Origin: an uncultured Gammaproteobacteria bacterium
GTDB taxonomy: Bacteria > Pseudomonadota > Gammaproteobacteria > JAURND01
DNA length: 64,000 bases
Direction of reading: 5' to 3'
Assembly (NCBI GenBank): GCA_963714975.1
Contig: CAVQQD010000003.1
Coordinates: 1 to 64,000 of the forward strand
How positions within the stretch are numbered: position 1 is the first letter of the stretch; every line of letters starts with the position of its first letter. A program made the translations under genes and the position numbers. The notes below the pieces were generated by a model. The model ran no database searches, was not told where the DNA came from, and saw only the letters and a list, made by a program, of their open reading frames with translations. This document shows positions 42,423 to 52,808 of the stretch, one piece after another.

Positions 42423-43696
42423 ATTAATACTCCCGTTGGTTTTACCCATAAAATTAAACCTTCTCGGCTGGTGACCTGTACGGTATCGCCAACCCTTAAG
42501 CGCTCATGGGATCTTACCTGCCAAAGTTCGCCACGTAAGCGCATCCAGGCTCCTTGCTCTGAAACCTGGGCAATGGTTCCGACGCTGCCGACTAACTCTT
42601 CTTGCCCGCTAACAATTGGCCGTCGACGTGCACGTAACGCCAAACTGCCCACACCCAAGAAAAAAATAATCGCCACCGCCCCAACCGTAAAAATAACTGA
42701 CCAGGCCACCCCAAATCCTGGGACGCCCTTGCCCAATAACAAAATGGAGCCAAAAATCAACGCCACAATCCCACCCAGCGCTAAAGCCCCGCTCGGAAAA
42801 TAAATTTCACCCAGGAAAAACATAACTCCTAAAATTATTAGCGCTAAACCCGCATAATTAATTGGTAATAGTTGAAAGGCATATAGCGCAATCAGCAGTG
42901 CAATGGCGCCAGTTACCCCAGGCAAGACCAGGCCTGGATTTAATAGCTCGAAGAATAGGCCACAAAAACCCAGCAATAATAAGAGATAAGCTATATTCGG
43001 ATTGGTGATCACGCTTAAAAATTGGGTGCGCCAGTCGGGCTGGAGGGTGCGGATTTTCAACCCCAGTGTATCTAGCGCCTGCTGTTGCCCTTGGACAATG
43101 ACTGATTTTCCATTCACAGCACGGAACAAGGTAAAGATATCAGGGGCAATCAGATCGATTACCCGCAACTTGAGTGCTTCTTCAGCAGAGAGACTGGCTG
43201 ACTGTAGCACCGCTTTTTGGGTCCAGGGAATATTACGGCCATGTAACTCGGCCAAGCTGCGCAAATAAGCTAAAGCATCATTTTTCGTTTTGCGCTGTTC
43301 AATGCTTGAAGTACCTAGGCCTGCGCTAACTGGGGTAGCAGCACCGACATTGGTACCCGGAGCCATTGCAGCAATCGCTGAGGCATAAAGGATGTAAGTT
43401 CCGGCACTTGCTGCCCGAGCCCCACTTGGCGCGACGTAGGTAATTACTGGAACTGGACTAATTAAGATATCGTGGATAATGCCGCGCATAGCGGTATCCA
43501 GCCCTCCGGGTGTGTCTAGTTGGAGAATGACAGCCGAAGCTTGTTCTCGTTCAGCTTCTTCTAGTCCTTTGTGGATATAATCTTGGGTTGCCGGGCTAAT
43601 GGCAGTATCAATGACGAGTACGAGGGCAGTGTTGGCTGAAGCAAATCCGAAATTGGCCAAGAAAATTAGCAAAATAAACAAAAGCCATTTTTTCAT
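42419..43696 (-). CDS. NfeD-family membrane serine protease
   Basis: [21 protein letters not shown]-terminal OB fold; paired with SPFH gene. Confidence 0.95.
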   Translation of the reverse strand: MKKWLLFILLIFLANFGFASANTALVLVIDTAISPATQDYIHKGLEEAEREQASAVILQLDTPGGLDTAMRGIIHDILISPVPVITYVAPSGARAASAGTYILYASAIAAMAPGTNVGAATPVSAGLGTSSIEQRKTKNDALAYLRSLAELHGRNIPWTQKAVLQSASLSAEEALKLRVIDLIAPDIFTLFRAVNGKSVIVQGQQQALDTLGLKIRTLQPDWRTQFLSVITNPNIAYLLLLLGFCGLFFELLNPGLVLPGVTGAIALLIALYAFQLLPINYAGLALIILGVMFFLGEIYFPSGALALGGIVALIFGSILLLGKGVPGFGVAWSVIFTVGAVAIIFFLGVGSLALRARRRPIVSGQEELVGSVGTIAQVSEQGAWMRLRGELWQVRSHERLRVGDTVQVTSREGLILWVKPTGVLI

Positions 43697-43778
43697 ATAC
43701 GGATTTTCCTTGACCCGTGATAGCATCACAAACTTATAAGTGCTCAGTACTTTTATTATAGACAAATTTGGAAAGCTT

Positions 43779-44645
43779 ATGATTGCTAGCATGACTGCTT
43801 TTACCCGCTGTAGCGTGCAAAGGGACTGGGGGAGTGCTACCTGGGAACTCCGCAGTGTTAATCACCGTTACTTAGAAATAGACCTAAAGTTACCCGAACA
43901 CTTACGGGCCTTGGAAATGTCTCTGCGTACTTCAGCACAGAACTATTTGTGGCGCGGCAAGTTTGAATGCCATCTTAAATATCAACTTGCCGATGCCTTA
44001 AGTCACTCTTTGATCGTGAATAAAGCACTGGTGTCGAAATTGGCGCAAGCGGCTGATGAAATCAAGGGCTTATGGCCAGGAGCAATTGACACTTCCTTGC
44101 GAACCTTGCTCACCTGGCCTGGGGTATTGCAGGGCATCGAATATAATCAAGAAACCATGCACCAGGACTTACTGCAATTATTTGATGAATCGTTGCAAGA
44201 CTTAGTTGAGATGCGCCAAAGAGAAGGTAAAGCAATTGCCGAGCGTCTTCAGGAGCGCTTGGATCAAGTATTGCTCGAGGCAGCTAAAGTCAAGCAGCGC
44301 TTGCCTGTGGTTACTGCGCAGCAGCGAGCAAAAATTTTGGCGCGAATCAATGAATTTAAGCTGACCATTGACCCCCAACGTTTGGAGGAAGAGCTGCTGC
44401 TATTGATGCAAAAAATGGATGTGGCCGAGGAACTTGAACGCCTAGAAATGCACGTTGCCGAGGTTCGTCAATCTTTACAGTCCACCGCCCCTGTGGGCCG
44501 ACGTCTCGACTTTTTAATGCAGGAATTACATCGCGAAGCCAATACCCTCGGGTCGAAATCCTCTGATTCCGAAGTCACCCATGCCGCGATCCACTTAAAG
44601 GTGTTAATTGAACAGATGCGCGAGCAAGTGCAGAATGTAGAGTGA
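43779..44645 (+). CDS. yicC: YicC/YloC endoribonuclease
   Basis: SMTAF, RSVNHRYLE, GRRLDFLMQELHREANTLGSKS, EQVQNVE. Confidence 0.97.
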   Translation: MIASMTAFTRCSVQRDWGSATWELRSVNHRYLEIDLKLPEHLRALEMSLRTSAQNYLWRGKFECHLKYQLADALSHSLIVNKALVSKLAQAADEIKGLWPGAIDTSLRTLLTWPGVLQGIEYNQETMHQDLLQLFDESLQDLVEMRQREGKAIAERLQERLDQVLLEAAKVKQRLPVVTAQQRAKILARINEFKLTIDPQRLEEELLLLMQKMDVAEELERLEMHVAEVRQSLQSTAPVGRRLDFLMQELHREANTLGSKSSDSEVTHAAIHLKVLIEQMREQVQNVE

Positions 44646-44864
44646 GATAGCGAATCAGAAATCCTTAACATTCGCTCCAATTTCATGAAAATTGTAACTA
44701 TGACTGACAATTTTCATGAAATTAATCGACCAGCCTTTCTAAGCGCCATCAAAGATCGTTTTGAGTAACTATTCACCACATTGCCAAAGTTGGTTCTATA
44801 ATATTCCCTTCAGAATACGCCTGTATAGTATTAACAATAATGATTGTGAGGGGAATAGAGGCAA

Positions 44865-45485
44865 ATGCTGGAGCCAAGGGTAGTAGCGAGAAATGAACCA
44901 GGTGCTTATGCCACAATTACTAATGTAGTGAGAAGGATTCTGCTCTCCACCGAAGATGATTGTGTTTCCAATGTGGATCAGGCTGCTGATATAATTACTA
45001 ACAAATTGGAACGCAAATGGGGTCTAGGTGTATTTATAAATTGGTACGGTTGCACTAAAGTTCCAAGTAATATTACGAACAACGCTGCATTGAACGAATG
45101 GTTAACTAAAGAGTTTGAAAAATTCGTATACCAGCTGGGGATTAGTGCGGAATATAAACAGGCGCTACAAAGATTAGAATTACAGTATGACGTGGAGGTT
45201 TCAGTGGAAAAAAAAGTACTTGGTATAGCGGCGGGTGTTTCTTTAGTTTGTTTAGTTTCTTTAGTAATTGCAGATGCAGTAAAAAATGATTTCGAACTAA
45301 CCAAAAAAATATTAGGTATAGACTCTAATTATGCCGGAACCTATGTCTTGGGAGGATTGGTGCTTGGGGCCGCATTAATTGCGCTTTATTTTTTTTATCA
45401 CGCTCGCCCGGATGATCCTATCCTTTTTCAATTCACTGATCAGGACGTTGATGACTCCGATGACTCCCTTGTCAATTACACATGA
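44865..45485 (+). CDS. Orphan TM-hairpin protein, candidate effector
   Basis: Shares DAVKNDFE(L/M)TKKILGIDSNY with the next ORF; acidic tail. Confidence 0.65.
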   Translation: MLEPRVVARNEPGAYATITNVVRRILLSTEDDCVSNVDQAADIITNKLERKWGLGVFINWYGCTKVPSNITNNAALNEWLTKEFEKFVYQLGISAEYKQALQRLELQYDVEVSVEKKVLGIAAGVSLVCLVSLVIADAVKNDFELTKKILGIDSNYAGTYVLGGLVLGAALIALYFFYHARPDDPILFQFTDQDVDDSDDSLVNYT

Positions 45486-45506
45486 CATTGGTTCTATATA
45501 GAATCT

Positions 45507-45557
45507 AGTGGGTAATACATCCTTCTCCCACAAGGGGAGAAGGATGTATTACCCACT
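45507..45557. repeat. Perfect 23-bp palindrome with family B core
   Basis: agtgggtaatacatccttctccc / gggagaaggatgtattacccact. Confidence 0.85.
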
Positions 45558-45640
45558 CAAAACTTCATAGAGCCCAAATTTTCAGCTGCCATGCCTCTTG
45601 CAATGGCAGTGTGTTTTCATGAAATAGAGAGGTATCTGAT

Positions 45641-46417
45641 ATGGAACAAAAGCCACGCAAGCGAATAGAGTTATTGAATCCAGAAACAGTGTCCGGAGGA
45701 AATAGTGGCAATACAGAGGTCCGAGGTCTCGCCAGTGCTGTTTATGAAGCATTAAAGAAGCATAACTTGGCAAGGTCGTACGGTCGTTCTATTGTGCAAA
45801 AATTGGGCATACCGAATGAAGAAGCTTTAAAAGAATTAGCTACAGTTCTTTTGGAACAAGCAGAGGCCCCGTCAGTTGATGATCAACCAGTTTGGAGCGC
45901 GCAGAAGGACGCTGAGGTTAGGAAAAATTTTGAAGATTTTATCTATAAATGGGACCTTAATGATGAATATAGACAGGCATTTTCCGGATCCGGTTCAAGG
46001 TTGTTTGTTGAAGTAGATCCACCTATTCAGCCTAAGCCCCACACAAAGCAGGAAAAAAGTCCTGAAGCAAAATTTTTTCTTTTAACAAACACTGCATCGC
46101 AACAAATAAACCCAGTTACTCCCTCTTGTTCTATTCCAGTTAAAAAAATTGTACTTGGATTCGCGGTGATGAGCGTTGCTGCTGTTATTGCTTTAGTAGT
46201 TGTAGATGCAGTGAAAAATGATTTTGAGATGACTAAGAAAATTTTGGGTATAGACTCTAATTATACGGGAACCGTTGTAATAGCGGGTGTATTGTTTGCC
46301 GCTGCGCTTTTTGCTTTTTGTATTAAATGTAATAAACGCCCTGAAGAAAAGCCTATAGCTAAGCAGGTCCTGGAGGGCGGTTTCACAATTACAAATCCCT
46401 TATTAGACTCAAGATAA
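45641..46417 (+). CDS. Orphan TM-hairpin protein, paralog of 44865..45485
   Basis: Shared hairpin block and FE(K/D)F(V/I)Y..EY(K/R)QA motif. Confidence 0.65.
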   Translation: MEQKPRKRIELLNPETVSGGNSGNTEVRGLASAVYEALKKHNLARSYGRSIVQKLGIPNEEALKELATVLLEQAEAPSVDDQPVWSAQKDAEVRKNFEDFIYKWDLNDEYRQAFSGSGSRLFVEVDPPIQPKPHTKQEKSPEAKFFLLTNTASQQINPVTPSCSIPVKKIVLGFAVMSVAAVIALVVVDAVKNDFEMTKKILGIDSNYTGTVVIAGVLFAAALFAFCIKCNKRPEEKPIAKQVLEGGFTITNPLLDSR

Positions 46418-46455
46418 AGGTGAAAGAGAATTTCTACTGCTTGAGCTCCCTTTCC

Positions 46456-46506
46456 TTTCTCCCCTCATCCGGCCTACGGCCACCTTCTCCCACAAGGAGA
46501 GAAGGA
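46456..46506. repeat. Family B palindrome
   Basis: cccctcatccggcctacggccaccttctcccacaaggagagaagga. Confidence 0.85.
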
Positions 46507-46531
46507 ATGGTGCGGTAAGAGAAGATAGTTA

Positions 46532-47515
46532 TTACAACTCACAAATTGTTTTATTGATTTGTAGTAGCTCACCCTCATTAAAGCTGCGGGCGGCGCCGTT
46601 GGGGTCTGGGAAGGGGACAGCCCTAAGTTCTTCATTCTGCATGACAATCATTTTTTGGGTTTCGCCTTTGACTAGGGTTTCTATGGCATGATAGCCCATC
46701 AAGGAAGCAATTTTTCGGTCCTTCACCGTCGGGGAGCCGCCGCGCTGAATATGGCCCAAGACGCACACTTTATAGCTGATGCCACTGCGCGCTTTGATCT
46801 CTTCGGCTAAAGCAAAACTACGGCCGGGTTGGCCTGCTTCTGCGACGACAATAATAGAGGCTAACTTTTTGCGTTTACGGCTTTGAATGCGGCTCACTAA
46901 TTCTGAGATGGGCATAGGAATTTCTGGGATTAAGGTAAATTCAGCACCGCCAGCAATGCCGACATCTACGGCTAAAAAACCTGCAGCACGGCCCATGACT
47001 TCGACCAGAAAATGGCGGTTTAAACTAAAAGCGGTATCACGAATTTTATCAATCGCTTGCAAGGCGGTATTGCAAGCAGTATCAAAACCGATGCTGTAAT
47101 CAGTTCCCGGGATATCGTTATCAATGGTACAGGGAATGCCCACGGTTTTTGGGCCACCTTCTCGCTCGAGTAAGGCACCGCCACGAAAACTGCCGTCCCC
47201 CCCTAAGATAGTAATGGCGTCAATCCCTAATAAATTGAGATAATTTCGGCATTCATCTCGCACTGATTTCTCCAAAAAAGCAGTACAACGACCGGTTTTA
47301 AGGATCGTGCCGCCACGTTGGATGCAATTGGCCGCATCGCGAGAGGTCAGCTGGAAAACTTTTTTATCAATCAGCCCTTGGTAGCCATCTTCAGCGCCGA
47401 ACACGTCAATTCCGTGTGAAAGGGCCGTCCGCAACGCAGCTCGAATACCGGCATTCATGCCTGGGGCGTCGCCTCCAGAGGTAATAATGAGTAATTTTTT
47501 AATTGGGTTAGACAT
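46532..47515 (-). CDS. pfkA: 6-phosphofructokinase
   Basis: TSGGDAPGMNA, GGDGS, TIDND, VEVMGR, LGHIQRGG. Confidence 0.97.
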   Translation of the reverse strand: MSNPIKKLLIITSGGDAPGMNAGIRAALRTALSHGIDVFGAEDGYQGLIDKKVFQLTSRDAANCIQRGGTILKTGRCTAFLEKSVRDECRNYLNLLGIDAITILGGDGSFRGGALLEREGGPKTVGIPCTIDNDIPGTDYSIGFDTACNTALQAIDKIRDTAFSLNRHFLVEVMGRAAGFLAVDVGIAGGAEFTLIPEIPMPISELVSRIQSRKRKKLASIIVVAEAGQPGRSFALAEEIKARSGISYKVCVLGHIQRGGSPTVKDRKIASLMGYHAIETLVKGETQKMIVMQNEELRAVPFPDPNGAARSFNEGELLQINKTICEL

Positions 47516-49076
47516 AGTTTGTACCTAATACGATTAAGGCTGCCAAAACAAGCGTACATCCTACTCCGAGCCAGAAATATTTCAAACCAGTTTTGGTGAC
47601 TTTTTTACTGGCGGCACGTTGTTGCCAGGTCTGCATTAATTGTAGCGACTTTTGCTGCTCTAAGACGTCATAACATAGGCTCGGCAAAGCGATTAACTTT
47701 TCGATTAAAAAAGGGCCTTGCTGGTAAAGAGTTTTTAAATTAGTTTTGAGATTGTAGCGCTGTTTCATCCAGCGTTCCAAAAAAGGCTTGCCAGTAGTCC
47801 ATAAGTCAAGTTCGGGATACAGGCGACGTCCCAGGCCTTCAATATTTAACAAAGTTTTTTGCAATAAAAACAGTTGCGGTTGTACCTCCATATTAAAGCG
47901 GCTCGCTGTTTGAAATAAGTTCAGCAATAATTGCGCAAAAGAAATATCTCGCAACGGTTTTTCAAAAATGGGTTCACAGACCCCGCGAATAGCGGATTCA
48001 AATTGCTCAATGCGGGTATCGGGTGGAATCCACCCGGAAGCCACATGCAATACGGCAACTTGACGATAGTCACGCTTAAAAAAGGCGAGTAAATTTTGTG
48101 CAAGATAATGCTGATCCTTGGGGCTTAAGGATCCCATGATGCCAAAATCGACCGCGATATAACGGGGTTCGGTAGGCTGGTTTTTGGCGACAAAAATATT
48201 TCCGGGGTGCATATCGGCATGGAAAAAATTATCTCGGAATACTTGAGTAAAAAAAATTTCGACGCCACCTTTGGCTAATTTTTCTAAGTTGATGTCAGCG
48301 GCCGTTAATGCGGCCATATCGGAGATGGGAATACCTGAGATACGCTCCATCACGATAATAGTCGGGGTGGTATAGGCCCAGTAAATTTCGGGGACATAGA
48401 GCAAGGAAGAATGGGCAAAATTGCGGCGCAATTGTGAAGCATTGGCTGCCTCACGTAAAAAATCTAATTCATCGGTAATGGTATTTTCAAATTCTGCTAC
48501 TAGGGCACGTGCGCGTAGCCGGCGACCATGCGACCAGAAACGTTCTGCCAACTTGGCAATGGTATACAGTAAGCCTAAATCCCGTTGAATCGTTTTTCTA
48601 AGGTGTGGGCGCTGAATTTTGACGACGACTTTCCGCCCATCAAACAAAGTGGCCGCATGAACTTGGGCAATCGAGGCTGAAGCGATGGGGGTGGTGGAAA
48701 ATTGACAAAAAATTTCGTTCAGCGGGCGACGAAAAGCTTGCTCAAGCAGTTGTTGGGCTATTTCTGCAGCAAAGGGTGGCACTTGATCCTGAAGTTTTTC
48801 AAGCTCAAGGATAATATCTTCCGGTAACAAGTCGTAGCGGGTTGATAATATCTGGCCAAATTTTACAAAAATAGGACCTAAGTCTTCTAGCGCCAAACGG
48901 ATCGATTCTCCTCGCGAGCGTTTTTGTAAGCGCCAATTCCACGGGTTTAAGTGTCCTAGAAATCGTATGGGTGAAAATAATGGGGTCGATAATACGACAC
49001 GATCAAGGCCCCGACGGATGATCACGTAGTTAATATAAAATAAGCGGAATAATTGTGCTGGGCGTTTCAATATCAC
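47508..49076 (-). CDS. ubiB: Ubiquinone biosynthesis kinase
   Basis: LGPIFVKFGQ, ASASIAQVH, FHADMHPGN, DFGI. Confidence 0.97.
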   Translation of the reverse strand: MILKRPAQLFRLFYINYVIIRRGLDRVVLSTPLFSPIRFLGHLNPWNWRLQKRSRGESIRLALEDLGPIFVKFGQILSTRYDLLPEDIILELEKLQDQVPPFAAEIAQQLLEQAFRRPLNEIFCQFSTTPIASASIAQVHAATLFDGRKVVVKIQRPHLRKTIQRDLGLLYTIAKLAERFWSHGRRLRARALVAEFENTITDELDFLREAANASQLRRNFAHSSLLYVPEIYWAYTTPTIIVMERISGIPISDMAALTAADINLEKLAKGGVEIFFTQVFRDNFFHADMHPGNIFVAKNQPTEPRYIAVDFGIMGSLSPKDQHYLAQNLLAFFKRDYRQVAVLHVASGWIPPDTRIEQFESAIRGVCEPIFEKPLRDISFAQLLLNLFQTASRFNMEVQPQLFLLQKTLLNIEGLGRRLYPELDLWTTGKPFLERWMKQRYNLKTNLKTLYQQGPFLIEKLIALPSLCYDVLEQQKSLQLMQTWQQRAASKKVTKTGLKYFWLGVGCTLVLAALIVLGTNYV

Positions 49077-49102
49077 TCCTTCTCATAAACCCTTGACATC
49101 AT

Positions 49103-49231
49103 TCCTTCTCCCCTTGTGGGAGAAGGTGCCGAAGGCGGATGAGGGGTAAGCCCGAATTAGCACCCCTCTATAACCCCTTGACATCACCCCTCATCCGGCC
49201 TGCAGCCACCTTCTCCCACAAGGGGAGAAGA
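49103..49231. repeat. Inverted pair of family B elements overlapping the ubiJ 3' end
   Basis: ccttctccccttgtgggagaaggtgccgaaggcggatgagggg ... cccctcatccggcctgcagccaccttctcccacaaggggagaag. Confidence 0.88.
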
Positions 49232-49813
49232 AATAATGTTAAGGCTTATTCGTTCGACATCATTTTGCAGGGTCTGAATGTCAGCAAAAAAGTCTTCTAC
49301 TTCCTCAGGGCTGGGAAAGAGCTGAGCCTCTTTTTGTAAGTATTCTGTCACTTGGGTCGTTAAATTGTCGATCGTTTCCTGGCCTTTTTGCCTAGTCATG
49401 CGAAAGATTTTACCCATTTCATGTGCCAAGGTGTCTCCCACGGCCTGAGATAGCAATTCTTCCCATTCAATCTCAAACTGCTGAAAAACTTGCACTAATT
49501 TTTGTGCTAATCCCACATCACCGGTTATTCTCAATTCTTTCCCTAATAAAATAGTTTCCGCAGGGTTGCTTGCTACCGCACGCAGTAAGGTGAGCGGCGG
49601 CGCCGCAATTGTAGTATCTACCTCGCCCTCGTAATAATTTTGCAATGCCAATCCTTGGGGCCCAGGGAAAAGATAAAAAGCCAGCTCCCAATCCACAAGC
49701 TCCAGCTTGATGATTTTGCCGTCCAGCTGACGCAGACGATCTTGGCTTTGCGGATCGAGCCTAAGATAGCGCTGGAGGAAGTGTTCGATAGCCATAGTTA
49801 GAAAAGTCATCAT
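49184..49813 (-). CDS. ubiJ: Ubiquinone accessory factor UbiJ (SCP2 domain)
   Basis: [23 protein letters not shown]; between ubiE and ubiB. Confidence 0.9.
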   Translation of the reverse strand: MMTFLTMAIEHFLQRYLRLDPQSQDRLRQLDGKIIKLELVDWELAFYLFPGPQGLALQNYYEGEVDTTIAAPPLTLLRAVASNPAETILLGKELRITGDVGLAQKLVQVFQQFEIEWEELLSQAVGDTLAHEMGKIFRMTRQKGQETIDNLTTQVTEYLQKEAQLFPSPEEVEDFFADIQTLQNDVERISLNIISSPLVGEGGCRPDEG

Positions 49814-50577
49814 GACTTATATCCTTTATGGACCGCCACAATGCCTCCAGCCAAGTTGTAATATTGGCAATCATCAAAGCCTGCATGCAGCATCATTTCC
49901 TTTAGCGTTTCTTGGTCTGGATGGCGCCGAATTGATTCTGCTAAATAACGGTAACTTGCTGCATCATTTAAAACTACCCGCCCTAGCCACGGTAAAACGT
50001 GGAAAGAATAAGCATCATACCATGGCACTAGGGATGGGATGGTAGGCTTGGAGAATTCCAAAATAATGAGTTTTCCTCCTGGCTTTAACACGCGCCACAT
50101 GGCATGTAGCGCCACTTCTTTGCGCGCGACATTACGTAAGCCAAAGGCAATGGTCAGCAAATCAAAATAATCGTCAGGGAATGGCAGTAGTTCTGCGTTA
50201 GCCTGCACGTAGCTGATATTTCCTGCAATGCCGGCATCAATTAGACGATCACGGCCTCGTGCCAACATTGCTTGATTAATATCGGCCAATATCACCTGCC
50301 CCGTGTCGCCTACTCGTTGCGCGAGCTTCATACTCAAATCGCCGGTGCCCCCCGCCAAATCTAGGACTTGTTGGCCAGGTTTGGCGCTAGCGAGTTCGAG
50401 AGCAAATCGTTTCCATAAGCGATGGGCACCTAGAGACATCAAATCATTCATCAGGTCATACTTCGGTGCCACTTTAGAAAAAATTTCTGCAACCTTGGCG
50501 GTTTTTTCCGCAACAGGAATTTTTTGGAAACCGAAATCGGTCTCGTGCGGCGTCTGGGAATCTGATTTTTTTGGCAT
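49810..50577 (-). CDS. ubiE: Ubiquinone/menaquinone C-methyltransferase
   Basis: [39 protein letters not shown]. Confidence 0.98.
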   Translation of the reverse strand: MPKKSDSQTPHETDFGFQKIPVAEKTAKVAEIFSKVAPKYDLMNDLMSLGAHRLWKRFALELASAKPGQQVLDLAGGTGDLSMKLAQRVGDTGQVILADINQAMLARGRDRLIDAGIAGNISYVQANAELLPFPDDYFDLLTIAFGLRNVARKEVALHAMWRVLKPGGKLIILEFSKPTIPSLVPWYDAYSFHVLPWLGRVVLNDAASYRYLAESIRRHPDQETLKEMMLHAGFDDCQYYNLAGGIVAVHKGYKS

Positions 50578-50578
50578 A

Positions 50579-51400
50579 TTATTTCCTAGGGATAACCAGC
50601 ACCCAATCGGCAATGGGAGTGTAGCTTGGAATCTGCAAGGTAAAATTGGGCATTTGTGCATAGAGTTGGGTGGAATGCCCGCCGTCGAAGTTAATGGCAT
50701 TGAGGCAGTCCAATCCCCCTTCTTGAGGCTTGTCCCGCATAATACGTGCTAATTCGGTGGTGGAAAGTAATAGGTTCTCCGTGGCTAGCAAAATTATCTT
50801 GCCAGAGCGGGTGATGCCTATGGCAGTTCGATAATCAATTTTTGGGTTAAAAGCGGGAATAATGTCGTTGATAATCAAACGAGGACCGCTTTGAATGGCA
50901 AAGTCAATCTCGGGGTTAGACACAAAATCCCGTTGGGCAACAATATGCGCCTGCTCTTTTTGGATATAAAAAACCCCCCACCAAGGGGTGGACTTTATTG
51001 GACTTAATTGCTGGCTAGTGCTGATCAGCAATCCCAGAGGAGTAAGCTCGGGGGTAAAAAAACCGCCATTAACTGTTAGTATGGCCTGATGTGCCGATAA
51101 TAATGCCCGCGGGTCGGTGGCTGCTTGCTTTGGATCAGCAATGGCGATCTTAAACTGATTTTGCCCAAGATCAATTCGAAAAGCATGTAAATTTCCCCCT
51201 GGAAAATTAGGGTAATTACTTAGCTGCGTGTACTCAATGCCTGGCGCTATTTCTTTCCAGTTGACAGGATTTGCCCCAACCCAGCTTGAGATCAATAGCA
51301 ACCATAAACCTAAGATGGATTTGAAACATATAACACTTCCCGCGCGGCAGGACCCGTCGGGTCTCAGGGCTTTAGCGGGAATTCTGATCAGTTTTTGCAT
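50579..51400 (-). CDS. Phosphodiester glycosidase (NAGPA/DUF2233) family protein
   Basis: [27 protein letters not shown]; N-terminus carries half of a family A element. Confidence 0.85.
   Translation of the reverse strand: MQKLIRIPAKALRPDGSCRAGSVICFKSILGLWLLLISSWVGANPVNWKEIAPGIEYTQLSNYPNFPGGNLHAFRIDLGQNQFKIAIADPKQAATDPRALLSAHQAILTVNGGFFTPELTPLGLLISTSQQLSPIKSTPWWGVFYIQKEQAHIVAQRDFVSNPEIDFAIQSGPRLIINDIIPAFNPKIDYRTAIGITRSGKIILLATENLLLSTTELARIMRDKPQEGGLDCLNAINFDGGHSTQLYAQMPNFTLQIPSYTPIADWVLVIPRK
51339..51385. repeat. Truncated family A element
   Basis: cccgcgcggcaggacccgtcgggtctcagggctttagcgggaattct is the reverse complement of the element's left end. Confidence 0.85.
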
Positions 51401-51434
51401 ATTTCTATAAACGAAAATTAGTTTTCAAGGCATA

Positions 51435-52808
51435 ATGTATTGCATGTCAACTTTATACGCAAACAGAAATGGATTGCAAGTCATTGTCGGCTTGGGGGAG
51501 ACTGGCTTGTCTTGTGTTCGCTACTTAAAGCAACAACAGTACCACCAGATTGCGGTCACCGATAGTCGAGCGGATCCGCCTGCTCGAGCGCAGCTCCAAG
51601 CCGAGTTCCCGGAAATTTCGCTGTGTTTAGGGCGGATCGATGCAGCGTTGTGCTTACGTGCGGAGCGACTGCTGGTCAGCCCGGGGATTGCTTTGCAAGA
51701 ACCTGCTATTGCTCAAGCTTTGCAGCAAGGAATTGCTGTGTTAGGTGATGTCGAACTCTTTGCGCAACAAAATAAAGTCCCGGTAATTGCTATCACGGGT
51801 TCCAACGGTAAAAGTACGGTCACCACTCTGGTTGGGGAAATGGGGCGTGCCGCGGGACTTCGGGTTGGGGTCGGCGGCAACTTGGGTCCCCCCGTGCTCA
51901 ATTTCCTGGCTGAATCCTACGATCTGTTCGTTTTGGAATTATCCAGTTTCCAATTAGAGACTACGGTTTCGCTGGCGAGCAAAACGGCGACAATTCTCAA
52001 TATCAGCGAAGATCACATGGATCGTTATGCCTCTTTGGCTGAGTATTTACAAGCCAAGCAAGTTATTTACCGGAATTGCGGCTTAGCCATCATCAATCGC
52101 GATGATTCTCAGGTATGGGCCAACTTAGACCTGGCGCATAGCTTGAGTTTTGGTCTTCAACTTGCCTCAGCTCCCCACTTTGGGTTAACGCAAAAACAGG
52201 GCCAGACCTTTCTGGCCCACGGTCAGGAGTGTTTACTCGCGGTGACTGAGCTCAAATTAAAAGGACGGCATCAGCTGGCGAATGCCCTGGCTGCCTTAGC
52301 ATTGGGTTACGGAGCTGGTTTACCCCGCAGCGCCATGCTGCAAGCCTTGCGGGAATTTCCAGGATTACCTCATCGTTGCCAATGGGTAGCTGATATTCAG
52401 GGGGTCCATTGGTACAACGACTCAAAGGCTACCAATGTTGGGGCAGCGCTGGCCGCTTTAGAAGGTCTGGGCGCCGATATTCCTGGTAAACTCATGGTGA
52501 TCGCTGGGGGGTTAGGTAAAAATGCCGACTTTTCGCCCCTGCGCAAGGTGCTATCACGATATGCCCGCGGATTAATTCTGATCGGCCAAGATGCGCCACG
52601 GATGGCTACTAGTTTGGCAGGCAGTACTCCGATTCAGAGGGCAACTAGTTTGCCCCAAGCTATCCACTTGGCTCGCCAACAAGCTCAAGCAGGCGATGCA
52701 GTGATTTTGGCGCCAGCTTGTGCGAGTTATGATATGTTTAAAAATTTCGAGCATCGAGGAGAATCTTTTATGGCCGCTGTTCAGGAGCTTCGCAATGAAA
52801 CTGCGTAA
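51435..52808 (+). CDS. murD: UDP-MurNAc-L-Ala--D-Glu ligase
   Basis: ITGSNGKSTVT, ELSSFQL, NDSKATN, PACASYD. Confidence 0.98.
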   Translation: MYCMSTLYANRNGLQVIVGLGETGLSCVRYLKQQQYHQIAVTDSRADPPARAQLQAEFPEISLCLGRIDAALCLRAERLLVSPGIALQEPAIAQALQQGIAVLGDVELFAQQNKVPVIAITGSNGKSTVTTLVGEMGRAAGLRVGVGGNLGPPVLNFLAESYDLFVLELSSFQLETTVSLASKTATILNISEDHMDRYASLAEYLQAKQVIYRNCGLAIINRDDSQVWANLDLAHSLSFGLQLASAPHFGLTQKQGQTFLAHGQECLLAVTELKLKGRHQLANALAALALGYGAGLPRSAMLQALREFPGLPHRCQWVADIQGVHWYNDSKATNVGAALAALEGLGADIPGKLMVIAGGLGKNADFSPLRKVLSRYARGLILIGQDAPRMATSLAGSTPIQRATSLPQAIHLARQQAQAGDAVILAPACASYDMFKNFEHRGESFMAAVQELRNETA

